From a virus (lineage: Duplodnaviria; Caudoviricetes): a stretch of 64,000 nt of DNA. Positions 1 through 10,218 of this stretch are shown piece by piece (position 1 is the first letter of the stretch; every line of letters starts with the position of its first letter). The stretch is taken from IMG/VR virus record IMGVR_UViG_3300033121_000954, positions 63,037-127,036 of that record; one strand, written 5' to 3'. A program made the translations under genes and the position numbers. Under the pieces are notes generated by a model. The model searched no databases. It worked only from the letters and a program-made list of their open reading frames with translations, and was not told where the DNA came from.

Positions 1-823
1 GGTACATTTCTTTATGACCAAGTTTAAATCTTTGCTGACCATTATCTAAACATAATCCACGATACTGACCATAAACTGCATTAGTTGGAGTATAAAAATC
101 ATTTCCGCCCAAATCCCTACTACCACTACCACCATCATGTCCATACGCAATTGAAAAGTGAGGTTCAGCCGCACAACTATCACATTTTGATTGAAATATA
201 GTACGACGAAATGAACTTGAAGTTTCAGTTGAACAGGTATGAAATGTTATCATATTACCCAGCGCATCTCCATTACCATCAAGCCAAATTCCACGAGTAA
301 ATTTATTGATTTGTTTTGGAAGTCGGTCATCGTCGGTTATTCTGGTAAACACTCTCCCCATCCCCAAACTTACTGGTGGTGGTATTGAAGGTGTTACTGG
401 AGGGATTGGAACAACTGGTGCAGGTTGTGATGGATTTATCGGCGGGGGTGGTTCAGGTGCTGGTGGAACAGAGGGTGGTTGGACTGGTATGGGTTGAGTA
501 AATCGTAAAATTAAATCATCATACGAATTATCCTGAATATAATCTTCAGAATTTAGATAAAATACATATTGACCATTTTCAACAGTAGTATTTGTCTTGA
601 TGATTGTTGAATTGATCCACGGGGGATTCATCTCATAATCACTTGCTGCCTGTATATTTACCTGCCAGTTATTACCAGTTACGAAGACTGGTGGATCCCC
701 AACATTACCCATATAGGTACCATTTCCAGTGGTTGCACCAGTTACTATGAACCTTTGTGGCAACGCACTTGGATTATGTGTTGTGACGGTTATCGTCCAA
801 TTACCTTGGATTGTTGTGGGCAT
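1..823 (-). CDS. Virion structural protein, partial (runs off window); paralog of 1153..2685
   Basis: ATG at 823 opens a frame (MPTTIQGNWTITV...) not in the ORF track. It has a Pro-rich linker, then GRVFTR...RGIW...IAYGHDGGSGS...AVYGQYRGLCL, matching GRIFTR...RALW...VAWGHKQGSGS...AIYGQYKQLCL in 1153..2685. Confidence 0.75.
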   Translation of the reverse strand, partial: MPTTIQGNWTITVTTHNPSALPQRFIVTGATTGNGTYMGNVGDPPVFVTGNNWQVNIQAASDYEMNPPWINSTIIKTNTTVENGQYVFYLNSEDYIQDNSYDDLILRFTQPIPVQPPSVPPAPEPPPPINPSQPAPVVPIPPVTPSIPPPVSLGMGRVFTRITDDDRLPKQINKFTRGIWLDGNGDALGNMITFHTCSTETSSSFRRTIFQSKCDSCAAEPHFSIAYGHDGGSGSRDLGGNDFYTPTNAVYGQYRGLCLDNGQQRFKLGHKEMY

Positions 824-829
824 ATATTT

Positions 830-1108
830 TTATATGTTTCGGTTTAAAGCATCAATACAATCTTGTAAATCAGTACATTGACGTATTCCAATGCCCATTT
901 CTAAATTGTACGGGTATTTAGAATCGTAATAAGCGCCACCATGTCTAATCTTAGTACCAATCACTTTAGCAACTATTTTACGACCATTCTTGATTATCGC
1001 GATACCATCTTCAAATTTTAAATCTGATACAGTATATTGCTCTTTCAAGATTTGTTCAACTAATGGCGTCAATAATTTCTTAATTCTATCTTTTGTGCTT
1101 GGTTTCAT
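830..1108 (-). CDS. Small protein with N-terminal ...LVEQILKE leader (putative capsid-internal protein)
   Basis: First ~23 aa nearly identical to 2965..3540; the rest is unrelated. Confidence 0.6.
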   Translation of the reverse strand: MKPSTKDRIKKLLTPLVEQILKEQYTVSDLKFEDGIAIIKNGRKIVAKVIGTKIRHGGAYYDSKYPYNLEMGIGIRQCTDLQDCIDALNRNI

Positions 1109-1152
1109 TGTATAAATTCCTCAGTTGGTTGGTTCGTTTTGGTATTTTTCCA

Positions 1153-2685
1153 TTAAATAAAATTAAATGCGGTTAAAATAGCAGCAAAAACGAACTCCAG
1201 TTTCAGTTTGATTAATGCTTCACGGGAAAAACTTTTCTGCAATGGGCGACTGAGTTTACCAACCGCCAACAATTCCTTTGCATCGTTATACAATCCAATC
1301 CCAGTGATATAGACCTTCGGATCACCGATAAAAGTTGGTTCTGCCAAGTCGCCTTCACTACCAGTTACAAAGGTTGGATTATTTGAGAAATTATATTCCT
1401 GATTTTTTACACGGACAAAATAATGAGTTGATTTAACTTTTTCCGCGCTACGTCCTTGAAATCCTAAACGATCTCCGCTCGTGTCGGTATAAAGTGCAGC
1501 ACCACTCATTGCAGTAAATAACTTCATTGCATTATTGCCCGGAATTTCACTACCAGTCACGGTCAAAAATGAACAACTCATATCAAGTTTATTTCCATCA
1601 AGCACAATAATACCCAATCTACGATATAATAATCCGTATTTATGAGGACTTGACGAGTTATATATTCCATCCTCAAGTGTTCCTGAAACAATATTATATA
1701 CTTCGCCAGCCGTTGTGATGGTCGCCGAATTTACACGGCTGTCATCTATTAACCGCGTTACTGCTTGGGTTGGATAAACTTTGACATTTGATCCAGTCCA
1801 TGCGTTTTGCACTCCACCGCCAGTTAACCATTGTGAACCACTCAATCGCTGAAGATTGATTTCAAGATTTCCTTCGTCCAAATATTCGCGCATCCTTGCA
1901 CGAGCGACGTTGATAGCGTAAATTGAATCAGTAGCAGTTCCATCAATTATGAATCGGTCTTGATCCGGTTCTAAACACAATTGCTTATATTGTCCGTAAA
2001 TTGCACGACTTGGAGTATCATTTATTTGACCGCCTTCATCGCCACTTCCAGAACCTTGTTTGTGGCCCCAAGCAACTGCAAATTGGCCAGTCGCTCCACA
2101 GTCACCACTTTGGCTTTGATAAACTTCGTAGTAATATCTTTGCTGAGTAGCAGTTTGAGCAGAACTTGTAAAAAATGTAATCAAATTACCAACATTTCCA
2201 CTCCACAACGCACGAGTGATTATTTCTTGTTGGTTTGGAACAATATCTCCACTTTCAAACCTCGTAAAAATACGGCCACTACCCAAATTACTTGGAGGTA
2301 ATGGTGCGGTTGGTTGGTATGGAACTTGGGGTGGACTAATTGGATTATTGAACGATGGTCCGCCAGTAAGCGGTCCACCTGTTTTTGGAACATCCGTGTT
2401 TGAATTATCCAAACTGTTGCCAAAATATTTCACATCATGGACTTTGTTATTTTGGTCCACGACGAAAAAATTTCCACCATTATCCTGAAATCCACTAACT
2501 GTTACACCCGGCATGACCGTTTTTGTAACTGGAGTTGTATTTGAGAGTGTGGATGGATTGTTGCTAACTGGGGTGACTTGATAGCCACTTTCAGTTAGTT
2601 TTCCTAACTGGCTGGAATCTAACTTTTGCGTCACGTCACCACCGGAGGATGGGATGTCCGTGGTACCTTTTTTAATAAATGCCAT
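1153..2685 (-). CDS. Baseplate/tail structural protein (C-terminal 'ITGIGLYND..ELLAVGKL' tail-collar-like domain)
   Basis: C-terminal motif recalled from myovirus baseplate/tail-fibre attachment proteins; S/G/T-rich; structural gene context. Confidence 0.6.
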   Translation of the reverse strand: MAFIKKGTTDIPSSGGDVTQKLDSSQLGKLTESGYQVTPVSNNPSTLSNTTPVTKTVMPGVTVSGFQDNGGNFFVVDQNNKVHDVKYFGNSLDNSNTDVPKTGGPLTGGPSFNNPISPPQVPYQPTAPLPPSNLGSGRIFTRFESGDIVPNQQEIITRALWSGNVGNLITFFTSSAQTATQQRYYYEVYQSQSGDCGATGQFAVAWGHKQGSGSGDEGGQINDTPSRAIYGQYKQLCLEPDQDRFIIDGTATDSIYAINVARARMREYLDEGNLEINLQRLSGSQWLTGGGVQNAWTGSNVKVYPTQAVTRLIDDSRVNSATITTAGEVYNIVSGTLEDGIYNSSSPHKYGLLYRRLGIIVLDGNKLDMSCSFLTVTGSEIPGNNAMKLFTAMSGAALYTDTSGDRLGFQGRSAEKVKSTHYFVRVKNQEYNFSNNPTFVTGSEGDLAEPTFIGDPKVYITGIGLYNDAKELLAVGKLSRPLQKSFSREALIKLKLEFVFAAILTAFNFI

Positions 2686-2692
2686 TTTGCTT

Positions 2693-2968
2693 TTATCTCT
2701 TTTTATTTATAACATTTTTTACGTTTCGGGCAATGGTGGAAATTTCCATTATCATGTCCTGTCGCATTAAATCTTCGCTCAGAAATCTAATTTCTCTGTT
2801 GACAATCTCGTCCAATTTATTTTGAATTTCCAATAGTTTATTGATTAAACCCTGTTGTGGATGTTCTGGTTCTTCTATTACCGATACGGCTTTAAAATGA
2901 TCTATGTTGTCGGATGATGGAACGTAATTGATTAGTTGTATGAATCGTTGTTTTCTGGATAGTTTCAT
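2693..2968 (-). CDS. Hypothetical protein
   Basis: ORF co-oriented and stop/start-coupled to its neighbour. Confidence 0.55.
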   Translation of the reverse strand: MKLSRKQRFIQLINYVPSSDNIDHFKAVSVIEEPEHPQQGLINKLLEIQNKLDEIVNREIRFLSEDLMRQDMIMEISTIARNVKNVINKKR

Positions 2969-3540
2969 TTATTTTTGTATTTATTTATAATGCCGACTTG
3001 AATTCTATTACCCGGCTTACCAGATAATGCAGAAGCAAAGTCTCCAGCAGACAATATTTTTTGACCAATGTCCATCATCAGTTGAAGTGTATCTAAATTG
3101 TTAGATTCGCAAAAATTTTTAACCGCCTCGGCACGAGTGCCAGTTAATTTGGCTATTGTGTCATATTTATGCTGAATACTACCAGAATTGAATTTAGTCT
3201 TCGCTTCGTCTAACGACGTAATGTCATGGGTAATATCCATCTTTTTTAACACCTTACCATTCTTATTCACCAATCTAAGTTCTATACTCTGTGCAGTTTT
3301 TAGATAATCCTTGACGGATTTAGATATTGAAATAATTTTGTTTTTCTGCAAATCAAAGGCGTTGTCAACACCTCTACCATATAGATTTCCGCGAATTACA
3401 TTCGTACCATCACTTCCCAACATTTGTTTTCCATCTACCCATGTTTCTATAAATCCAGTAACAGCAGATTCTTCTTTCAAAATTTGTTCAACAAGTGGCT
3501 TTAATAAGTTTTTGATTCTAATTTTTGTGCTTGGTTTCAT
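2965..3540 (-). CDS. Protein with N-terminal ...LVEQILKE leader (putative capsid-internal protein)
   Basis: Leader shared with 830..1108 at protein and DNA level. Confidence 0.6.
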   Translation of the reverse strand: MKPSTKIRIKNLLKPLVEQILKEESAVTGFIETWVDGKQMLGSDGTNVIRGNLYGRGVDNAFDLQKNKIISISKSVKDYLKTAQSIELRLVNKNGKVLKKMDITHDITSLDEAKTKFNSGSIQHKYDTIAKLTGTRAEAVKNFCESNNLDTLQLMMDIGQKILSAGDFASALSGKPGNRIQVGIINKYKNK

Positions 3541-3550
3541 CTATAATTCC

Positions 3551-4252
3551 TTATGGTAAACTAATTGGCGCATTACCAGTTAATGGTGCGTTTGGTGTAG
3601 TATTTAATGTAACTTTCTTGACTGTAATATTTACAACAACACGTCCACCAGTTTCATTACCAACGATAGTAAGTGTGGTTGAACGTGCAGCGAGTTGAAG
3701 CATATTGGCAGTAATCACGACTGATTTTCCAGTCAATACAACTGCACTTCCCAATTCATTTTCAGACATATTACCAGCAGTCACATTACCAGTTCCGGCA
3801 AATTGTTGACCCGGCGCAGCCTGTTCTACATACATAGTACATACGTCGGAATCTGCAAGTATGAACGAATATCCAAACGTTGTATTACCCTCTGTGTAAT
3901 TTACAGTTTGTGGAGTAATTGTGACGGATTGTCCTGGATTGAGAGTGAAAGTGGTTTGTGGTACTGAAACGACTGGAATTCTGATTGTTTTTCTTGGTAA
4001 TGTGACCAGTTTGTATTTCATCATTACTGTTTCGTCGGGGACGGCTTCAGTGATCGGCATTGATGTAATAACGATGTCCGCATATTGACTCCCGAGTGGA
4101 TGATCCGTATTAAATAAACTGTAATCTATTTCATCATCACTTAATGCGAAGTGGCTGATATTGAACTCATTACGTCCACGGGACAATAATTCTCTGCCCT
4201 TTTTCGTAAGAATACTATCACATATTATTGAATTATTTGAAATGTAACTCAT
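3551..4252 (-). CDS. Conserved phage structural protein (baseplate region)
   Basis: N-terminal 'D.ILTKKGRELL...FALSDDEIDY' motif typical of large-phage baseplate genes; beta-rich C-terminus. Confidence 0.6.
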   Translation of the reverse strand: MSYISNNSIICDSILTKKGRELLSRGRNEFNISHFALSDDEIDYSLFNTDHPLGSQYADIVITSMPITEAVPDETVMMKYKLVTLPRKTIRIPVVSVPQTTFTLNPGQSVTITPQTVNYTEGNTTFGYSFILADSDVCTMYVEQAAPGQQFAGTGNVTAGNMSENELGSAVVLTGKSVVITANMLQLAARSTTLTIVGNETGGRVVVNITVKKVTLNTTPNAPLTGNAPISLP

Positions 4253-4283
4253 TGTTTATCAAACCTTTATATTTTTAAAACTT

Positions 4284-5300
4284 TTAGTAAATTGCTTTAT
4301 CAAATGGTATTCTTAATATTTGACAATCTAAGCATTTTCTAATTTGAATTTCTCTGATTCTGTCATAGTCTTTAGTTCGTTTATTTCTATGGTGCGATTC
4401 GTCAAATTCAACCCAAATATTCAGGTTTGGGCAGTACGCATCGGCAAAATAAAATCTACTATATTCTTCATCATATAATCTAAATTCTCCTGACGGTGAT
4501 CTTGCGTGAACAAATTCAGTATTATATCTAATGTTTAAAATATCTACAATATATGGAATCGTATCTGGGTTAAATCTTGGTCTAAATGATGTAGATGCCC
4601 CTAATGCAAATACCACTCTGGCTTGTCCTCGTCTAATTTTCTCTGATATATCTTGACGTTCTTCATCATTCATATTTGCCCAGCGGGCTTTATGTGCAAT
4701 TGATAAATTTCTGCTTCTGGTTGCCATTCCTTCTGGAGTCATTTTTCTATTCTTGGCGGACTCAGATTGCTTCATTTTGGTTTCTTCACTAACCTCCCGT
4801 CCATTCATTTCTTTTATTCGGCATTCTTGGCAAGTTGGTGGTTCATCTTTTCTTATATTACTCATTGCTCGTTTGTATGAACCATAATTTGTATAATGAT
4901 ACACATTTCCACATTTATTTTTACATTCAATTTTCCAATCATCTGGATTATGACTCAGCCCAAGATTTCTACTCTTTTCCATTCCTCGTTCATGTGAAGA
5001 CGAACCAATTAGTTCATTTCTATTTATGTATTCTTTGCTGTTTTTGTCTATTGTATTCCAATAAATTTTTGCTGAGCATGATGGCCTGTAGCATATTCCG
5101 ACTGCATACGCGTAAATCTTCACTTTTTCGCCACAGCCGCATTCACACAATGGTATTTCATTATTTAGCAGTTCTTGAATCGTGTATTCTACACTACTTA
5201 AATTGTGGTCTTTTTTTATGTGATTTCCTAAATTTTTAGAATTTTTAAATTCTAAATCACATATTTTGCATTTAAAATCGGCTAATAAATATTTTGGCAT
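4284..5300 (-). CDS. Free-standing homing endonuclease-like protein (C2H2 finger, CxCGC, NUMOD3-like repeat, C-terminal Vsr/DUF559-like nuclease)
   Basis: CKIC..H..H; CECGCG; 'VSEETKMKQSES'; 'ADAY...WVEFDESHH...D..RE...ILRI'. Confidence 0.7.
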   Translation of the reverse strand: MPKYLLADFKCKICDLEFKNSKNLGNHIKKDHNLSSVEYTIQELLNNEIPLCECGCGEKVKIYAYAVGICYRPSCSAKIYWNTIDKNSKEYINRNELIGSSSHERGMEKSRNLGLSHNPDDWKIECKNKCGNVYHYTNYGSYKRAMSNIRKDEPPTCQECRIKEMNGREVSEETKMKQSESAKNRKMTPEGMATRSRNLSIAHKARWANMNDEERQDISEKIRRGQARVVFALGASTSFRPRFNPDTIPYIVDILNIRYNTEFVHARSPSGEFRLYDEEYSRFYFADAYCPNLNIWVEFDESHHRNKRTKDYDRIREIQIRKCLDCQILRIPFDKAIY

Positions 5301-5430
5301 TATTATTCTAATTTGGTTTTTGTCTCCTACAATTTAACAAATTCTTATTGAAATTCATTAGTATTCAAAATATCCAACAATTCTTCAAGTTCATAATCGT
5401 CCAATTTTTCATTAGAAGTTTGTTTCATTG

Positions 5431-5910
5431 TCATTTTTTTACAGTTGCCCAATCATGTAAAGAATTTAAAAATTCAATATAATCGGAATGAGTATAATTG
5501 TCGCCAATTTCAGAAACCCACCCATCTTGTCGGGTTCCAGTATTTGCTGATGCGTTACTTAAAACTACCTCTCCGTAATTATCCTCTACATCTATTTTTA
5601 ATTTTACATTTTTATCCATTACAATTTCATATTCACGCGGATAATCAGAATTACTATTCAATGTTGCTGGAAAATTTATATCATCTACATCAATCCACGC
5701 TGATATTATAAATAATTCATTCCCAGTCTTGTTCAACGATGTCATCCAATTGTCCATTGAATTAGCGACCGATGGTTCGGCAGTGAAATGAACTCCTAAA
5801 TTATTCATATCCAAATCAGAAACGTCATTAAGTTTTATTCCACGATACACTTTTATTTTACTGAATGGAAATTTCATTATCTCATTTAAAAGTAATTTAA
5901 GTTTTATCAT
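5431..5910 (-). CDS. Putative ADP-ribosyltransferase (R-S-E-like) with KLKLLLNE leader
   Basis: 'VYRGI' strand 1, 'GVHFT' strand 2, 'EYE' (ExE) catalytic motif. Confidence 0.55.
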   Translation of the reverse strand: MIKLKLLLNEIMKFPFSKIKVYRGIKLNDVSDLDMNNLGVHFTAEPSVANSMDNWMTSLNKTGNELFIISAWIDVDDINFPATLNSNSDYPREYEIVMDKNVKLKIDVEDNYGEVVLSNASANTGTRQDGWVSEIGDNYTHSDYIEFLNSLHDWATVKK

Positions 5911-5919
5911 AATAAATTT

Positions 5920-5930
5920 ACATATAAATA
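5920..5930 (-). promoter_or_regulatory. Putative late promoter motif TATTTATATGT
   Basis: The same 11-mer (ACATATAAATA on +) occurs at 5920, 54751, 56433 and 63591; related copies at 34671 and 37783. All sit at or near gene boundaries. Confidence 0.45.
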
Positions 5931-5951
5931 TCTATCCGGCATAATTTTAAT

Positions 5952-8900
5952 TTATTCCACCCGGATTCCACCACCCAACGGCGAATCGTTCACACTTAAT
6001 TTATTTGGATCACTTTCCCATATCGTTACAACAGGTCCACCGTCGGCGGTTTGGTTTGAATTCACATTAAATGCCGGTCCTTCCAGTTTACTGCCCATAA
6101 ATCTACTGCTGCATTCATAATTTTGATAACTTCCACATTCAAGCGACTTTGAATAATACATTCCATAACTTTTTGAAACTGCCGTGTACCATTGCTTTTC
6201 ATATTTTGTCGCGAATTGTCCACTTGCACTATAATGAAAAATTACTTTTTTGTAACAGCAATTTAAACGAGTACCATCAATATAACTTTGTGTAGGACTT
6301 TGTGAGCCAGAATATCGGGTTGGTATCGTGTCAACATCCATAGTTAATTGCTTACTGGACGTGTTAAAATGACTTAGGCTGCTACCAGTTGCAAAAACAG
6401 TGTAAGGGACGGAACCTGTAATATAATTGTACCTTGACGCAATTTTGGGGCTGTACGAGGCACTGGACTCAATTTGTTGTACTTCGGCATCGGTGGTTGG
6501 TTGAATACCCGCCACATCCATATCATATTGAGGATTTTCAATTTGTGGTCTCCGAAATGCTTGAACTTTTGATCGTTCAAGGACGGTTGGTTCAATTAAA
6601 ATACCAGCAACTAAATCGGCACGGCCGGGTACAAGTTGTTTTATCTGTTCAAAAAATGTATAATCATAAGCAGATAATATCTCAATCAAATCGTTGATAT
6701 TATTTGCTTGTTGATATTTTTTAAAGTAATGATATGCAAACTGTTTTAGTTCACCATACTCGCTTTCATATACATATTCCGGGTCTCCGATGTAATCATC
6801 CAATTCCGCAAATCCAGTATGATTGTAAATATCCCGATCAACATGTTCAGTGGGCGAAAATACAACCGCAAGCCTGTTTGAATCAAACGATGCCTTATCA
6901 AATGCCCCAACAGTACTACGATTTGTTGGAGATAAATCGCGTAATAATGCAGTATCTTCCAATCGTATTTTATCACTTCGCAAAACATTGCCACCAAGTG
7001 TCGGAGGGGTGACATAATATGTCTCAACACTGGATTTGTATTGTTCTGATTGTGAACCAGTAAAACCGACAAACGATGCGGTTGTGTCTAAACTTGCGCG
7101 GCGATTTGGCTGACTACTACTAACTAATTGATATACACTATGATCCCATCTTTGCTGATCTAATCCAAGCGGAAAATATCTGAAAAGTGTATTGAAGGAA
7201 CTGGTTGGATCATTTCCATGATATGCTGCTGGATTTAAAACGTGTTGGTCAAACGATGATGTATTGATTACTTCATACCATTCCTTGTAGCCCTGCATTT
7301 GTCCGACAAACCGATTTGCCGAAATTGGACTTGGTATTGTTGAACTTCCAGTCGTACCGCCCAAAATTACATAATGCGTTCCGCCAGCATCGTATGACGA
7401 AAAATTACCCCACGAATTTCGCATTCGTGAGCCGGAGAATGCAATACTTCCAGTGTGTGTTATTCTACCATATAAAGAATCTGATTGACGTTTAACATTT
7501 ATATAAATCCATTCTAATGTATTATTTGTTAATGTTATTGGGCTTAAAGTTTTAATTTGCACCGTCCAAAAATCATTATCAAAAAGTGGAAGTGGTTCAG
7601 ATTGTTTTTTAACCTGAATATCGGTACCAAACGCATTAACAGTATGACCACTGTATCTTAAATACCCATACGCATAACTTCCACTATATTTTGGGGTGGA
7701 TTGAGATGCTGTAATGTGTACTAATTCAAGTAAATTTACCCCACTTGTTACATTGTTCTCAATTCCCCACAATGACATTGAGACAGAACTGGAATAATTT
7801 GTCCTAAACCGAAATTCTATTGTGTCTGGAACGCGAGTTGAACCTGAATAATATGATCCAGAACTTGCTGGAATACGTCGTCTTGGTAATTTAACATACT
7901 GACTACCACTGAAATTTAAAGCATATTGGAACCTGTCTTCTATCAAGGATGGTAACCCATTGGACGGACTTGTACCGCCATATTCCCTGATTGAAAGTAA
8001 TGTTTGTGGTATTCCATAAATTGACATCAATGCTTTTAATGACCTCGGAGTACCTTTAGTTTTAAGCAAAAATGGTAAATTATTTACAATCCGTTTCCAA
8101 ATCTGGTGCGTCTGCATTTCCTCGCGTTGAGAAAATAGCGTACCTGTTTGGGCAAATGAACCAGTCCTGTCCGTACCCAGTTTATATTTTGCAAGATTGG
8201 ATAACTGCCGCGTATTTTGCAATTGCCAACCATACGATTTTGCCAGCGGATATAATAATTCAGACGGAGTTCCACGTTCTGGATGTTCATCCCGTTCGTG
8301 AATTTGCGTATGTGCCTTGACATACGAATAAATCGTATCAAAATGCTGACCCAACATGTCCACAAACAATACCAAATTACTATTGCCAGGTTCCATGTAA
8401 ATATGTTCTGGAATGCTCCAATACAACCTATTTACATTGTCTTTATCATATTCGCTTGCAGAATATAATAACGTATTATACCAGTTCTGAACAATTGAAC
8501 TGGAAATGGTATAGTTTGCCCACTTCCCACTGACCAACCGTTTCGGGTGTGGAGTGAGTGAGCCCGTGAAATCATGTGTAAAAATTGAACTGGTCGGATG
8601 ATAATACAACCATCGTTCCCACGGATCAAAATTTGTCGTAATCTGATCCATCCTTCGCGTATTCAAGTCAATTGAACTTGAAATGAATGGAGTATTACTT
8701 GCCGTTGAACTTAGCAGAATTGCGACCGAACTACTGTACTCTTCAAGTTTTGATACTTTGTAGTGGTAGTTTTTTGCTCGCTCAACTGCACTTGAATAAA
8801 AAATAAAGTTATCAAAACTTGTATAGTCAATGTTTAAATTGATAGTTCCACTACCACTCAGGGCTTTATCAATTATTTTTTGACTGGTAAGTGCATCACT

Positions 8901-9653
8901 ATCAAGCAGTTCGTCCCAATTTTTAAACGAAGTTGGACTACTTGAATATAGACTGACATCAATATCAAAATTAGGGCCACGGAGGACATTTACTGCACCA
9001 CTACCAACTTTTGTAGTCAGTATGACCGTATCAACGTATGGATCAATTACTTCATACTGGAACCAAGCCTTGCTGCGATTTGTTATATCGTCGTAAATGG
9101 GCTGATACAATTTTACATAAAATGTATCATTTTCAAACCTGATATTTACGATTTTTTGTAACTGATTGAATCCAAAATTTACAACAAGATTATTTAAAAT
9201 TTGCTGTTGACGAAACTTTGCAATTTGCTGTTGAAATTGATCGTATCCGTTGCTAATTATTTTGAATTGTATTTCTGTCCTGTCTGGTGAAATTTCCTGC
9301 ACCAGCACAGATTCATCGTTCAAATTGCCCCAAACATTTTGTAAAACATTCAGGACGACTACATAACTACCACGATTTATATTTGCTGCTTTGAATACAC
9401 CACCAATATCAGTTAATAGACTGTTGGTTGTTTTTTCGTGACGTGTATAACCAGCATTATGATTTCCACTTACATAATCTCCATAAAACGAATAAATGTG
9501 GAGTTCTGTAACTTGGTTTTTTATTATATTTGGATCTGATGGAATTAAGATTTGATCGTTTAGAACTGACAAATCCTCCAGTCGGTACAATTGTCCAACT
9601 GAAGGTTCGTTTAGATTTAAAATTTGTTCTTTGTTAAAATAACGATCTAACAG
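5952..9653 (-). CDS. Large baseplate wedge/tail structural protein
   Basis: >1200 aa; 'KTKGT..SL.ALMSIYGIP..LLSIREYGG' wedge-type motif. The frame stays open upstream of the track start (9590) to a CTG at 9653 that follows GAGGA. Confidence 0.7.
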   Translation of the reverse strand: MLDRYFNKEQILNLNEPSVGQLYRLEDLSVLNDQILIPSDPNIIKNQVTELHIYSFYGDYVSGNHNAGYTRHEKTTNSLLTDIGGVFKAANINRGSYVVVLNVLQNVWGNLNDESVLVQEISPDRTEIQFKIISNGYDQFQQQIAKFRQQQILNNLVVNFGFNQLQKIVNIRFENDTFYVKLYQPIYDDITNRSKAWFQYEVIDPYVDTVILTTKVGSGAVNVLRGPNFDIDVSLYSSSPTSFKNWDELLDSDALTSQKIIDKALSGSGTINLNIDYTSFDNFIFYSSAVERAKNYHYKVSKLEEYSSSVAILLSSTASNTPFISSSIDLNTRRMDQITTNFDPWERWLYYHPTSSIFTHDFTGSLTPHPKRLVSGKWANYTISSSIVQNWYNTLLYSASEYDKDNVNRLYWSIPEHIYMEPGNSNLVLFVDMLGQHFDTIYSYVKAHTQIHERDEHPERGTPSELLYPLAKSYGWQLQNTRQLSNLAKYKLGTDRTGSFAQTGTLFSQREEMQTHQIWKRIVNNLPFLLKTKGTPRSLKALMSIYGIPQTLLSIREYGGTSPSNGLPSLIEDRFQYALNFSGSQYVKLPRRRIPASSGSYYSGSTRVPDTIEFRFRTNYSSSVSMSLWGIENNVTSGVNLLELVHITASQSTPKYSGSYAYGYLRYSGHTVNAFGTDIQVKKQSEPLPLFDNDFWTVQIKTLSPITLTNNTLEWIYINVKRQSDSLYGRITHTGSIAFSGSRMRNSWGNFSSYDAGGTHYVILGGTTGSSTIPSPISANRFVGQMQGYKEWYEVINTSSFDQHVLNPAAYHGNDPTSSFNTLFRYFPLGLDQQRWDHSVYQLVSSSQPNRRASLDTTASFVGFTGSQSEQYKSSVETYYVTPPTLGGNVLRSDKIRLEDTALLRDLSPTNRSTVGAFDKASFDSNRLAVVFSPTEHVDRDIYNHTGFAELDDYIGDPEYVYESEYGELKQFAYHYFKKYQQANNINDLIEILSAYDYTFFEQIKQLVPGRADLVAGILIEPTVLERSKVQAFRRPQIENPQYDMDVAGIQPTTDAEVQQIESSASYSPKIASRYNYITGSVPYTVFATGSSLSHFNTSSKQLTMDVDTIPTRYSGSQSPTQSYIDGTRLNCCYKKVIFHYSASGQFATKYEKQWYTAVSKSYGMYYSKSLECGSYQNYECSSRFMGSKLEGPAFNVNSNQTADGGPVVTIWESDPNKLSVNDSPLGGGIRVE

Positions 9654-9664
9654 ATCATATTCCT

Positions 9665-9898
9665 CTATTTATTCAAATACCAATGCGAAAGTTCTAAATC
9701 TTTCCATTGTTTATAATCATAATTACTCAATACAATCAGTGTAGTATTAGTGTTTTCCACATTCACTACTTGAGCAAATCGCATTAAATCAGCAATGGCC
9801 TTTTTATATTCAGCAAATGCGTATGCTTCAATCAATTGTTCAGTTGCATCTGGAAATTCAGCATGCCGTTGAATAATATTTTTCGGCGTAATATTCAT
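9665..9898 (-). CDS. Hypothetical protein
   Basis: Co-oriented ORF filling the gap. Confidence 0.5.
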   Translation of the reverse strand: MNITPKNIIQRHAEFPDATEQLIEAYAFAEYKKAIADLMRFAQVVNVENTNTTLIVLSNYDYKQWKDLELSHWYLNK

Positions 9899-9900
9899 GT

Positions 9901-10161
9901 TCAGTTATAAGTTTTGCCGTCAGGTGATTGTCCGCCTTTTAGCCAACTTTTAACATCAGCATACCAAGGCATAGTTCTAAACTCATTTATATGCTTGTTC
10001 GCACCAAATTTTCCAACCCATTTAAGATTATTAACCATTTCAAAGTGTGTTGAATCGTCACCCTTTGTTAGATACCAAGTGCCATTCTCGTCGGTAATAT
10101 TGATAGTCATGGACGTATCATTTTCCATAAGAATTTCTTTAATTATTTGTTTTAAGTTCAT
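9901..10161 (-). CDS. Small protein with LKQIIKEILME leader
   Basis: Leader resembles the other cargo genes. Confidence 0.55.
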   Translation of the reverse strand: MNLKQIIKEILMENDTSMTINITDENGTWYLTKGDDSTHFEMVNNLKWVGKFGANKHINEFRTMPWYADVKSWLKGGQSPDGKTYN

Positions 10162-10172
10162 TTTTTCTCCTA

Positions 10173-10214
10173 CAAAGGTAATGGTTAAAATTTAATTGTC
10201 AAGATCATTAACAA
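10173..10214 (-). promoter_or_regulatory. Bacteroidetes sigma-A-type promoter
   Basis: TACCTTTG (-7) with TTGA ~19 nt upstream and a TGTTAA element. Confidence 0.6.
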
Positions 10215-10218
10215 TTTG

